Shown here piece after piece: positions 49,401-61,639 of a DNA stretch of 64,000 bases. Both the position numbers and the translations under genes were made by a program. The stretch covers positions 15,626,001-15,690,000 of the forward strand of contig CM052816.1 of assembly GCA_028534125.1 (NCBI GenBank), written 5' to 3'. The stretch is from Lama glama. Its lineage: Eukaryota. Numbering within the stretch: the first letter of the stretch is position 1; every line of letters starts with the position of its first letter. Under the pieces are notes generated by a model that was given only the letters and a program-made list of their open reading frames with translations, was not told where the DNA came from and ran no database searches.

Positions 49401-50465
49401 TACTGACAGTAATCCCTTTCAGATGGCACCTCCGGGGTTCAGCCCAAGAGATTCTGGCCAATACTGAGAAGATCTAGGATGTGGAGCGAGGTAGTGTCAT
49501 ACTCTGGTCAGAGCAAGACATCACCACCTCTGAGAGAAACGTCTTGCAGCGGGAAAGAATCTGGTTTGTAGGTTGAAGGGAGTTACAGGGGTGGCCCCCA
49601 TATTGGGAGCTTCCTGTCTTTGGTTCTTCTCATGTAAATTACCTGAGTAGGTTTCCACTGTGCGTGGTGAGCACTCAGCTAACTGAGAGGGCAAATGGGA
49701 GCTGGAGCTGAAACTGGTTCCCTTGGGAATACTGGTTTCCCCTCTGCCGGTTTCACCCTGGCTTCTACCTCTGCCCGCACATAGTGCAGGCTTCGTGCCT
49801 CTTCTGTGTGGTGTCACAGCCTCAGGATCGCTGGTGGATGGTCTGCATTAGGCCCAGAGCTTGTTGTACAGAAGTAACAGTTAAGGCATTGGTTTTAGAT
49901 TAGTTCTATGAAGGGACAGCCTGAAACCTTAGTGCTTTATCTAAAAGTTGATAAAGGGTCCCAGTGGGCTTGGTAGTCTTCGTTGGGCCAACGTCATGCA
50001 TCATATTTTTTTAAAGGAAGTATGTGTTTACTTTTCTCATCTCTGAAGTTAAATAACAGCCCCATAATCCCAGAGTTGGGATGAGTGTTGCCATTGTGAG
50101 AGGAAGAGTAGAAAAGGCCAGTCTACCTGAGTCAGGGGGTACTCCAATGCATGTTACTCTCTGTCCTATGGTTCAAAGATTGCTTTCTCTGGTAGAGTTT
50201 GTTACTGACAACTGTGAGTTGAGAGAGGGCTCATGGCTGGCTTGCAGTTGACCTGTTCAACCCCAAAAACAGAAGTTGCCTGTGGGTCCTGCCGTGGGTT
50301 CCTCCACTAATGTTGTAGATGAAGTGTTGGTTCTTCCCCCCCCCCAGGTCATTCCATCGCTGGCTCTCCCTCTTTTGAGCACCTTGTAAAAGGCACACTT
50401 CCTAAGGGACTTGTCCTTGGTTCTCTTCCCAATTTACATTATCTGTTTTGAAGTTTCAACTGTAT

Positions 50466-50730
50466 GTAGCATGGTGGTTAAGGCTTCATGCTCCGGAGCC
50501 AACTTTGAAATGTGGATCTTGGCTCTGTGACCTACTAGCTGTATAACCTTGGTCAAATTAATTAGCCATTTTGTGTCTCAGGTTCCCCAATTATAAAATG
50601 GGGCAAATTATAATACCTACCTCATAGCGTCATGATAAGGATTCAGTGAGTTAGTCCTTGTAAAGTGCTTAGAACAGTGCCTGGCTATAGAAAACATTCA
50701 GTGTAGACTCGCTGCACTTACTGTTATTGT
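50466..50730 (+). mobile_element. Near full-length MIR SINE
   Basis: GCATGGTGGTTAAG...CTAGCTGTATAACCTTGG...ACCTACCTCATAG...GTAAAGTGCTTAGAACAGTGCCTGGC. Confidence 0.88.
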
Positions 50731-50874
50731 CACGTCTATTACTAGTTGAAAGAGAATAGCTTTAGATTCAGACTGACTTTATTAAAATCCTGACTCTGTT
50801 CCTCACTAGCTGTGTGAACTTGGGAAAAATTTCTTAATTTTTCTGTGTTCCAGTTTCCAATTGCCTAGGGCACA

Positions 50875-53255
50875 TTGTTTCAATTATCCAAAGCTGCAAA
50901 ATAAGCCACCCCAAAATATAGTGGCTTTAAATAGCAATCATTACTTGTTTTTATCTCTCACAGTTCTAGGGATTGACTGGGCTCAGCTAGGAGTGTCTTG
51001 CATGTAGTTTTTGGTCAGGTAATGGCTGAGCAGTCCAACGGTAGCTGAGACTGGGTCATTTCCAAGTTTCCTCTCTGGCATGTCTAGCATTTGATGCTGG
51101 CTGGTTCTCATCTTTGAGCTCAGCTGGGACTGAGGGCCAGAGACCTTGCCTGGCTTTCCTCACAGTATGGTGGCAAGGTCCATGAGTGAGCATCCCAGGA
51201 GAGAGCCAGGCAAAAGCTGTATTGTCTTTTACGATCTAGCCTCAGAAGTCACTGGCATCACTTCCACTTCATTCTGTTTATTAGAAGAGAGTTACTAAGC
51301 CTTGACCAGATGCAAACGGAGGAGAAGTAGATTCTACCTCTTGATGGAAGAAGGATTGTCAAAGAATTTGTGGACATGTTTTGAAACCATTACACTCTGC
51401 CTTCTGGCCTCAAATTATTTGTATTCCTTGTACATGAAAAAAGTCTCATCTACTATGGCGTCAGGCTTGGGCTCGAAAACCAAAGTCTTATCATCTAAAT
51501 CAGGTCTGGGTGCAGATGAGGCTCCGCTCATGCATTTCCTTGGGGACAGCAACTCAGATGCTCTTCGTCTTGACCTGAAGACTATCAACTCGAGAGACAA
51601 GTTATCTGCTCCCCGCACCTCCCCACCCCCAGTGCAATGCTGGAGTAGACACAGGATAGCTGCTACGGCTGCCCCCCTTTAAAAACTGGTAATGTTTGAA
51701 CATTTTTAAATGACTGGTTTTTTATTTTTAATACTTTAAAATTTGAAATTTAAAATAAAGTGACCTATAAGAAAGTTGCAAAAAAAGTACAAAGAGTCTC
51801 CTTTCCCCCGCTTCCCCGAATTAGACAGCTACATAAAATTATCAAAACTAAGAAATTAATAGTATTGGTGCAAAACTATTAACTGATCTTTAGATCTTAT
51901 TCAAATTTTGCCATTTGTCTTATTAATGGCCTTTTTGTGGTTCGGGATCCAGTCTAGGATCCCGCATCGCGTACAGCTGTTGTCTCCTTAGTCTTCTGTC
52001 TAGGGTAGATGTTCCCATTTAGAAAGAGGGGAACAGCAGTTCTAGTCCATAGCTGATCTTAAATCCAGCCTGGCTCATGAGTAGGGCTCAGTCTACTGCC
52101 TGGGAATGATTCTCCACTGTTCTTGGTTCTACCCTATGGGCTCATGGTTTTGCCCTCTAATTATCCTTCCTTTTCCATAAAATATAGCCTATTTTGGCAG
52201 CTGAGTAGTTTTCTCAGTTCTGTGTTCTTTCAGGTGATGGCTAGTCAGGTTTGGTCACAAGAGGAGGAGACACAGAAGAGGCACACACACACACAAATTT
52301 ACTATATTCACTGGTCCTGGGGAGGGTGGGGGTCACTGCATGTCACACAGGGTCACAGGGGAAGCAGCAGGTTTTGGTCAGGTGGCAGAAGACAGGAAAA
52401 AGGGAAAAACTTTGTAGTTCAAAACCATATTGGAGTTTCCTTGGGGAGGGCAGGGCAGGGTGAAAAGTTTAGGACTGGCTAGTTTGAATAATTTTGGTGG
52501 GCTCTAAATTATAGGGGTGGTCCCCCTTTGCCTGGTTCCTGGCCCTGGGATGATTAAAGGGAGGATAGAGGAGGTGTGGCTCTGGATTGGTTAGTTTGCA
52601 TATCAAAGACCTGCTTCTGGCTGAGTCATTTGTTATTTCTAAGAATTGGCTAGCCCTGGGAGGGGTGGTCCCTCCCCAGACAGAAAAAAAAATTTATTTT
52701 TAACATTATGGTGTATTGCGTGTCAAGCTTTCTTTATGCATGTGCAATATGCTTTTAAAAAAATAATGTTGAGATCAGATTCCACATACATAATCTATAA
52801 CAATACATTGGAATTATTTTCCAATGTCCCTAAATAGTAATGGCTTTTTAAGATGTCAAAACATCATAACATATAGAGAATAAAATAAAAACTCTATTTA
52901 GTACATTTAGCCTGCTTCCTATTTATAGATGTTTGGAAGTCCAAAGGCATCTTTTCTTTTTTGCACTGTTCAGCTCCTTTTAGTCCAAACTGGAGGTGTT
53001 CCTGCTAGTATAACTTCTTTTTAAAAATTTGTGGTTTGCCTATGAATCTTATCAGGATTCACTACCTTAGGCAAAAGCCTACGAATCTCAAGATTAACTG
53101 TTCTCTACCTTGCGCTCCCTGTGGGCTTGCCTTTTTCTTCAGATTAATGGAATCCCTATTCTTTAATGGGATACAGACCTTAGAAGGTCTGTTGTCTGTC
53201 TCAAAGATTCTTCGAGGCATTGCCTTTGATCTTTCTGAAGTCTTATCAAAGGATA
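50875..53255 (-). mobile_element. MaLR element: LTR (50875-51394) plus attached internal sequence, broken by later insertions
   Basis: The LTR resembles the 15465 copy and ends GAAACCATTACA. It continues into MLT1-int-like sequence (ATCTAAATCAGGTC...GACAAGTTATCTGC, TGGGAATGATTCTCCA, GGAAGTCCAAAGG). Confidence 0.65.
52235..52682 (-). mobile_element. ERVL-type LTR (MER68/76/77-like) nested in the MaLR internal region
   Basis: TTTAGGACTGGCTAGTTTGAATAATTT, CCTGGCCCTGGGATGATTAA, GATTGGTTAGTTTGCATAT, GAATTGGCTAGCCCTGGGAGGG. Confidence 0.65.
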
Positions 53256-56062
53256 CAAGTCAAAATGTCTCAAGTTAAGCTCATTATCATCTCCTTACTG
53301 TATCCTACTCTGTCTGGGACATGCCCATCCTAGACAACAACATCCATCTAGTCTTCCAAGCCATCAGAAACCACAAAATCATTTCTGGCTCCTTTCTCAC
53401 CTCCATCCCCTGCGTACAGTACATTGTCAAGTGATGACAATTTTTACTACTGCAAAGTATCTTCAATCTAATTCTTTTCATTCATGAGACTCTAGTTGGG
53501 TATTTATATCTCACTTAGACTGCCACGATGGCTGCTAAATGGAATTCCCATCTCCCAATTTTCAGAGTCCCTTCTCTCTTCCATCAATCATCTATTGATA
53601 GAATGAGCTTTCTAAAAGTAATTCTCTCTGCCCAACCCAGAAATCTTCAATAGCTTTTTATTATCGACAGAATAAAGTGAGAACTCCTTCACATGCAAGG
53701 ACTTCCACAATTTGACTCCCACCTGCCCTCTTTTCCACACTTCGTCTTAACGATAGCCAAATGTACTGCTTTGAAAATTTCAAACATATTTTACATTTTC
53801 CCCTTAGTGCGTTTGCACATTCTGTTTCCTTGATGTGGTATGCTCTTCCTTTCCTTCTCAGTTGGTTGCTAACCTCCTCATCCTTCAAGGCTCAGCTAAA
53901 ATCCCACTTCTGTGCTTTTCCTGATCCCCTTAGTCCAAATGATCATGGCATCCTCTGTTTCTGTAGCAGTTCATAGCTCTTCTGTAATCATCATGGTCTA
54001 TTTTATCACTTAGCATAGCTGAATGGGGAAGCAGGGTACGTATGAATGGTCCTCTAAACAGTGAGCTTTTTGAGTGTAGGATGGAACTGTAGCAAAGGAT
54101 GTATCTTGTTTTTGTTTGTTTGTTTGTTTTGCCTTACAGGAGTTAGACGGCCAACAACTACTAGGTGACTTGAAAAGGGAATGAATTTTACCTTGGGATT
54201 AGAATTGTCAGTTGGAAATAAGCAACTGGTTCATGGAAGGAGACTGGCCTAGGTGTGTCATGTGTTGATACGAAAGATATGAAAGTGGTAAATTGAGGCA
54301 TCTACCTAACATGAAAATAGGGGCATTGGTTTAGTCACAAAGTGCTACAATGGACCCTTTACCATCATTTTTGCAATAAATAACAATAAATATCAAATCT
54401 CTTATGCGTGGTTTGGAGTCTGTGTTTTATTAGCCTCTATGGGAAGTCCTTAGATTATTCAAGGGTAGGAGAATTTGGCTGTTTTGGGTACTATGGTATC
54501 CCTATCACTTTCATGGTTCTTGGCATGCTATAGGAATCCAATAAATATTAACTGAGGGGGAAATGAATGAATTCTTCTCTTTCGTGATTCTAGGGTAAAC
54601 TACATGTGCCACACCCATGGAGCAAGGCCAGGAGAGCTGGTTCAAAACCAGCCCAAGTTAAGAGAAGGCTTATTCATCACAAGTGATTTATCCTGGGTCC
54701 TCCTGGTACCCAGAGCTTTCTGCTTTGCCACAGAAGAGTAGGAGATATTTGGGCCTTAGGTTGTAGGCAGGATGACTGGGGGCAAGTGGATGGCAGATTT
54801 GTAGTCTGCATCAGGCAGACAGAACTGACAGGAGCTTATAGGTGACCAGGAGGAGAGTCTGGGCTGTGTCCTTACTTAAGGAAGAGGAGATTATTCAGGC
54901 TTTGTCAGGTTTTTTTGTTGTTTTGTTTTCAAATAATGAGAGTCCTTCCTGGAAATCAGCTTCCCTGGTTCAGTCTCAGCCTACAGCTTTCTGTACGACC
55001 TTGTGCAGGCCGTTCCACCTTGGGCTTTGTTCTCAGCTGACAAATGGTGATTTCTTCTTCAGCTGTGAGAACCGGGGTGGAGAGAGTGTTTCAAGCCAAT
55101 TGGGTAAGTGGCATGGCATTCAAACCGCACAGGTTTATAGTTTCACTTTGAAAATTATCACAAAAATCCTGGGCTACTGGACAGTCTGGATGTCTGGAGT
55201 GCTGAATTTCTTTCTTGAAGCTGGACTTCCTCTGTGTTCCATTCTAAGTATCAAACTCCCCAAGTCTGTGATTGTGATAATTGGATGGGAGGGGTTGGGG
55301 CAATTTAGGAAGATGATGGGGGCCTGACCTCTTCCTGCCTTTGAAATCCACAAAGGAGGGAGAATGGGGAAAATGATGAATAGTTGATCCAAAAATGGGG
55401 AGTGTCCTCCTAAATTAGGACAGCTGGCTCAGGGATAAAATTGTTTTACTCTGTTAATGGCCCTCAGGACCAGATGCTGCGAAAACAGAAATTAAACTGT
55501 GACTTTGGGCAGCTCTCTCCACCCTGTGAGGGCAGTGCCACCTCCTCTCTGCCCTCGTCCGCCTGTGGATTTCACTAGGGAAGTCTCCAAGAGTCTTGAA
55601 GGAGGGGGCTCATGTTGCAGGATTCCAGGGAAGGGGTAGAAGCAGTTGACAGGGGCTTAGAGATGTGGGTTTTGCAGCTGCTTGAGCTTTGGCTTGTCTT
55701 GGAGGCTCTGTGCCTTCCTATTTGTGGTCAGGCAATCTCAAGATGACCTCCCTGCACTCCAAAGATAGGTGAATTGGCCTGCTTGTTCCCTTCATAACCC
55801 TGAGAAACCGATTTTGCCTGTAGGGCTGGGTGAACCATATGGCAGCCTAGATGACAGTGACTGTTGGCGTTTGTCAGCAGAGAGAGCAGGCTTCTTGGCT
55901 ATAGCAAACCCCCCAGGTAGGGTTGCCCACACCATCTGTGAACACAGCATATAGGATCAGCTAGATGGGTAAGCAGTCTCATTGTCTACTCCTTGCCTCC
56001 CAAAGATAGGGAGAGGCAAGATCATCATCAGATGTTGGCTAATTGATATATATTTTTAGCTT

Positions 56063-56192
56063 CTTTTTTTTTCTTTTTTTTTGGGGGGGAAGGTAATTAG
56101 GCTTATTTATTTTTAATGGAGGTACTTGGGATTGAACCCAGGACTTCATGCATGCTAGGCATGCGCTCTACCACTGAGCTATAACCTCCCCC
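56063..56192 (-). mobile_element. tRNA-derived SINE (vic-1-like), copy 5
   Basis: Reverse complement GGGGAGGTTATAGCTCAGTGGTAGAGCGCATGCCTAGCATGCATGAAGTCCTGGGTTCAATCCC; flanked by TTTAGCT(T/C)CTT repeats. Confidence 0.92.
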
Positions 56193-57024
56193 TTTAGCTC
56201 CTTTATTGTTCTTTTCTTTGAAGGACGCTGGGAGGGCTATAGGCATGTACCTTGTTCTTGAGAGGTCTGCAGTCTGGTTGGTGATACCAGATTAACATGA
56301 ACCAATAGCAGGTAAAGCAGAAGGTATATAATGATTGCAAAAGGGAAAGTGGACTACAGCATTCAGTGATGAGGAAGATCAGTGGGCTGAAATTTTCTAG
56401 GACAGAGTTCAGGCTAAAGGTTAGTTTTGAAGAATGAATAGGTTTGGGGGATTTAGGAGGATAAGGGAAAGGCTTCTGGGCCAAAAGAACAATGTGAGCA
56501 GAGGTAGAGACAAGCAAGATGTCTTCACAGAACCAAGGGGAGATTAGTGTGCCTGGGGTAGAGAAACAGGGGAGATAAGATTAGGAAAGGCAGGCAGGAC
56601 CGGATTAAAGAGGGTCTCAGAGACAGGCAGAGGGGCTTGGACTTGCTTCTGGAGGTGATATGGCGCCATTGTAGGTGCTGGTGCAGAGATAGGGTATAAA
56701 AAGAAGAATGTTTGCAAGTACTTTGTAGACTCAATTCAGAGTGGACTGGATTTGGGGAACGATCCATGTTTGAGAGATCAAGGAGGAAATCAGAAAGCCT
56801 TTGAAGCCAGGGAGACGGGGAGAAGAGGCAGGTAAACTATACTGTTTCTTTCAGAATCTGTGAGACTTGGTAACATGCTGGGTAGTAGGCATAAAGGGGT
56901 CAAGGTTTAATCTTGAAAAGCTGGGGAAAATAATACCGCCATTAGCAAAAATGGAGAAGTTGTGAAGGAAAGGAATTTTAAGAAGAAAATGATGAGTTTG
57001 GAACTGATTTTATTTACTGAACAA

Positions 57025-57260
57025 ATACTTTCATGATCCCTATTATGTACTTGGCACTGTGCTAACCGCTTTATAAATGTTAACTCGTTTAGTTCTTGTA
57101 ATAAACGTATGAAATAAATACTGTTATTATCCTCCTTATTACAAAGGGAGACACTCAAGCATAGAGAGAGCTGAAATAACTTGCCCAAGGTCATGAAGCT
57201 ATAAATAAATGGCAGAACCAGGATTCTGAACCCAGGCCACTTATTCTCGGCTTTCTCTGG
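57025..57260 (-). mobile_element. MIR SINE (within a wider L2 tract at about 56200-57950)
   Basis: TATGTACTTGGCACTGTGCTAA...TAACTTGCCCAAGGTCA...AAATGGCAGAACCAGGATT. Confidence 0.8.
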
Positions 57261-60200
57261 CTCATGGGAGACCCAAGTAGAACATACAGTAGACAACAGG
57301 AAATCGAATATTTGTAGGGTGCTTCCTTTGTGCAGAACTCTTTGCAGGAAAGCTAAAAATGAATACATAAATGGATATAGCGCCAAAAAGCTTGTAAAGT
57401 TCTAGCTCGGGAATGGCAGATTATTAAATTGTTGGTAAGAGTACTGCATTTTGTGCTACGAGAGAGGCTAGCACTTCAAGAAAGAGAGAGGGAGGACAAA
57501 TACATATCCAGTTAGAGACATCAGAAGATTGCACGGAGAAGGAGATGGAACTATAGATAGACCTTGAAAGATGGGTCAAGTTGGACTTTGGTAGTTGGTG
57601 GTAGGGAAAGGTCATTCATGGTAGAGATAAAAGCTTGAATAAAATCACAGAAGAAAGAAAATTCAAAATGTATTTTGGAATCAGCACACGGTGTAGTACC
57701 TAGCTCAGTGAATGTTTGACCTGAACTAGGCTGGGAAGTGGTTTAGTTAGGCTGCAACATAAAGCATGAAGGAGAAGCAGTGGGAGAGAAGGCTGAGATT
57801 CCCTTGGTAGAGGGCTGAAGCCGACGTGAGAGGATCCAAATGAGATGTGGACTCGTGAGTTCATGGCGTGCATATGAGATGGGGGCAGCGAATGCCTTAA
57901 CAGCAGAGGACTCTTGGAGGGCTGACTATAGGAAGGGGACAGTGGAGAGCTTTTTGTTTTATGCATGCAAATAGCTAGGCTCTTCTTACTTTGGGTTGAG
58001 CCTAAATGTATCCTAAAATAAAGCCTGTTGGCTCACGGGATGTGGTGGTTCCTCTCCTAAATGGGGAGACCATTCTGATTCTCTGTCTTTGCTCTTCAAG
58101 GGTTTCCCAGCCATCTGGGGTAAATGAAGTTTACCCATCATCTTCTTTCCCTAAGTAGATGAAGACAGGAGTCCTAGGACCCTTCTGCCCAGATGGAAGG
58201 AGAAATTAACAAGACACAAGACCATGCTCATGTTTTGGGTGCAGAGATGATATTCAGGGAATCCTAGTGTGGTGTGAAGCTTGACTGGTTGAGACTGCTC
58301 TCTTGGTCATGGGCAATGACCTCCAGAGGAGAGGCAAAGCATGGGGCATTCTAGTATTCTCTAACCCCTCAAGTCTTTAAGGGTCATTGCTCTTGGACTT
58401 CTTCAGGGGACATGCTGGAATGGTCCTAACATCAGACTTCATCCCATAAAACAGAGAACATAGTGCTGAGAGAGAGATGTCACTTTAAATTCCAGTTTAC
58501 TATCTATTAGCTCTGTGACCTTAGGGCAGCTGACCTTTGCAAGCCTTTTTGTTTGTCTGTCTGTTTGTTTGTTTGTTGTTGTTTGTTTTTTAACTGAAAC
58601 AGAAGGTTAGTGATATTTGCTTTTCTTACCTAGCAGGGATATTGTGAGGCTTAGAGGAAATCACGTCTGTGAAAGTGCTTCGAGATTGCGAAGTGCGCTA
58701 TCGGAGTGTGCTGTTACTCTAACAACGACTGACCAGCTTGCTTACTCTTAAAAATAAATGCTCTGAGAGTCCCTTTTGCATAACCCTTTCCTAGCCCCTC
58801 TGCCAAGGACTTACAAAGCAAGGCCACAGAGGGGGCATAGAATGTTTCCTCAGGCAGGTGTACTCCTGTCATTGGCTGCATGATGCACTTCCCCCAACGC
58901 TGTACATTAACAGCTCTGAAATTTGGCTGTGCCTTTCCACGGATGGCATAGTAGATGTGGTAACATCAGCTAATTTTTTTCTTGGAGCTAGCTGGGCCAC
59001 ATATACACACTCTCTTTTCTCTACATGAAAAGCTCTTTTATCTCAACCTTTGTGAGAGAAGATCTTGCTAAAACGCATGGGGGTATGTTGCTGCCTCAGT
59101 AATTGTAGAAGTCAGTCTGTCCTTGAATAACTTGTCATGTGTCACCGTCATCTTTTCTCCTAGCACAGATCTCTGGAAGCAGAACTTTGGTTTGATATAT
59201 ACATCTTGATCTTGGGACATATCCTGCCTGTTGATTTTTTTAAAAAAAAAATCTCTAATGACAGTTTTGTCATCATTTCTTGCTTCTACCTAAAAGTGGA
59301 AGGCGAGGTGCATTTTGGTTAACAGACAGTTCGTATTACCACGGATTTGACTGTCTTGGCCCCGGGGGGTGTTAGAAGGTGAGGAGCTGGGTCTGCGATC
59401 CCTGTGCTGTAAGCCCCTAACATAAACCCTCCAAGTGACAGGACAACCCACACCAGCCGAGAAGCTTCCCTTCAGGATGAATTCTGTTTTTGTTTTCTTT
59501 TACCTTTTGAAAGCTCTTCAGATTCAACTGCAAATTCCGAGCTTCTTTCCTAGGACCAGTTCTTGTTTCAATCTCTTATTGAATACCTGGGTGTGGACTT
59601 TTCACCTTGAATGGTAAAGAGCCTTCTGAGCCCACCCCCTGCCCGCCCTCCATTCCCCCCTCGACCTCTATCCCCCTCCCCGCCACTCCCCTCCATCCCC
59701 ACCGTAGGTTCAGGGACTGTCGACTAAGAACTTGTAGTTATGAAAGTAAATCCTCAGGTAAAGGAGGGTAAGGACAAGGCACTACCATTTACTGAGCATG
59801 TCCTTTTACAGACATTACCTCATTTGGTTCTCACAATGACTGAGGACAGGGGGGCCTTCCCTTCCCCACATTACACCTAGGAACCTGAGGCTCCAAACGA
59901 CTAGGTGAGTTTTAAGCTGGCCACACTACTTATAAGGGATGGGGCTCATTTGGACCCATGCTTTCTAGGCAGAGCCTGTCTGAAAACAAAGAGAAGTGAT
60001 AAGCCTCTTACTGATTACCCCAGCATCCCTTCCAGGCTAACGTGGAGACTCCAGAGATGGCTGGCCCGGGTTCTTTGAAGAGCTCTGTGGTTTTTTCCCC
60101 TACCCAACCTTGGAAGTAGGCTGGTGACTGAGGCCCCTGGCTGGAGCTGTGCCGTATTTCTCAGCCTCTGATTGGCCCTCTGGCCTCTGCTTCCAGAGGC

Positions 60201-61356
60201 TCCTGATTCAGGTCAAGTGCTACTTGGTGCCCTAGAAATAACCGGGTTTCTAGCCCAGCACGACTCCCCAGAGCCCCTGGGCCTCCGAGGGCAGTGCTTG
60301 CAGCACCTCTCCCCAAAGCTGTGTTTATTTCTATTATGTCATTTGCTTATTATAGACAGTCTGCTAAGTGTCAGTTATCACCTCCCTGTGATTCCCTGCC
60401 TTTTCTTCTCCTTCTGTCTTTCCCAGTGCTTTGGAGACTCTAGGCGACAGGGACTCAGGAGGCGGCATTCTGAAATGGGTTCCTTACAGCTCTTCATGTG
60501 GAATCAAGCTATTCTGCTGATTTTTCCCTCAGGGATGAGTTTTGTTAGAAGCACTGGCACCATAAATGAGTATCCTCCTTACATCCAGGGAAGGTGTGCC
60601 CAAAGGGCTGACAAGAAAGCAAATTGGGGGTGTGGGACCTGGACTGCTAGGAGCGGGGGTGTGTTGGTTTGGATCTGCAGGGGTCAAGTGATGACCTGGG
60701 ATTTGGCAGCCTCTGTGTTTTGGTCCGCTTCCTGTGACCTTGGCGGGCACTTGGACTGAAAGATGCTGATTGAGTTCTGGCCCCAGAGTCACAGCCATGG
60801 TTATGAGACGGTGAACTGGAGAGGCTGTTTCAGATTCCAGGCTTGGGAGAGCTGTGGGTTAGGTGCCTGGGCAGGGACATGGGAGGCATCTCACGAAGGA
60901 CTGAAACGAGTAAAATAAGAGCTTAGTCTGTTAGACAGCAAGACAGCCTCTGTCCCCTTCCACAGTCACTGCGTGCAAGAGTGGGGCTGTTTATCCCTCC
61001 GAACACACCCAGCTGGTGCCTTGTCTGCGTGCCGCCCCTTTGTGACTTCTCTTCTACTTCGTGGCTGTTTTCAGTCGTGTCCCCAGGTTTGACTTGGTTA
61101 CGCCTGGGCCTTCTACCTGAGATCCTATCCCGTCATCTGCAGACAGTGGGGCTGGAAGCAGCTCCCACTTCAGGAGGTTCTGACTTAGGATCCGGGCAGA
61201 GGAGGGGTATGATTTGTTCTTGGTGACAGGGTGGGGCCCACAGGGGCTGTTTGCTTCCTGGGATCTACACTGTTCACCAAGACTACACGGGCCTGTAGAT
61301 TTTGAGGTTTTCTCTGGAAAACATTAGCAGAGTGAGCTTTGTGACTTTGTATGTTC

Positions 61357-61505
61357 TTTTTTTGTTTGTTTGTTTTGGGTTTTCTTTTGGTGGGGGGGAG
61401 GTAATTAGGTTTATTTATTTATTTTTAATGGGGAACTAGGGATTGAACCCAGGACCTTGTGCTTGCTAAGCACACACTCTACCATTGAACTATACACTCT
61501 CCCCC
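61357..61505 (-). mobile_element. tRNA-derived SINE (vic-1-like), copy 6
   Basis: Reverse complement TATAGTTCAATGGTAGAGTGTGTGCTTAGCAAGCACAAGGTCCTGGGTTCAATCCC...CCTAATTACCTCCCCCCC, then an A-rich tail. Confidence 0.9.
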
Positions 61506-61639
61506 TTGTGCTCCCCCCCTCTTCTGATGCACAGAGAGCTGTCTTGCTGCCTGAACCCTGTCCTCCAGCTCTGCCCTGGAGTCTGGCCCTTCCCTTCCCT
61601 CCTTCTCGGGACCCTGATACTATCGACTTTTCTTTCTCT

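Noticed and set aside
51943..51964. Hairpin CGGGATCC-AGTCTA-GGATCCCG
   Set aside because: Lies within an L1 3' UTR fragment whose consensus already carries a GGATCC repeat; short stem.
56110..56192. Functional tRNA gene (also the other five copies)
   Set aside because: A-rich tails, TSDs and decayed stems indicate SINEs, not tRNA genes.
58822..58838. CTCF-like GCCACAGAGGGGGCAT (also weak matches near 935 and 37168)
   Set aside because: Spacing or 5' half mismatches the core consensus; much weaker than the 23485 site.
60172..60759. 195-aa ORF (likewise 54842-55327, 56907-57386 and the other short ORFs in the track)
   Set aside because: No recognisable domain, mostly non-ATG starts, and Leu/Ser/Phe-rich composition typical of chance ORFs in intronic or repeat DNA.
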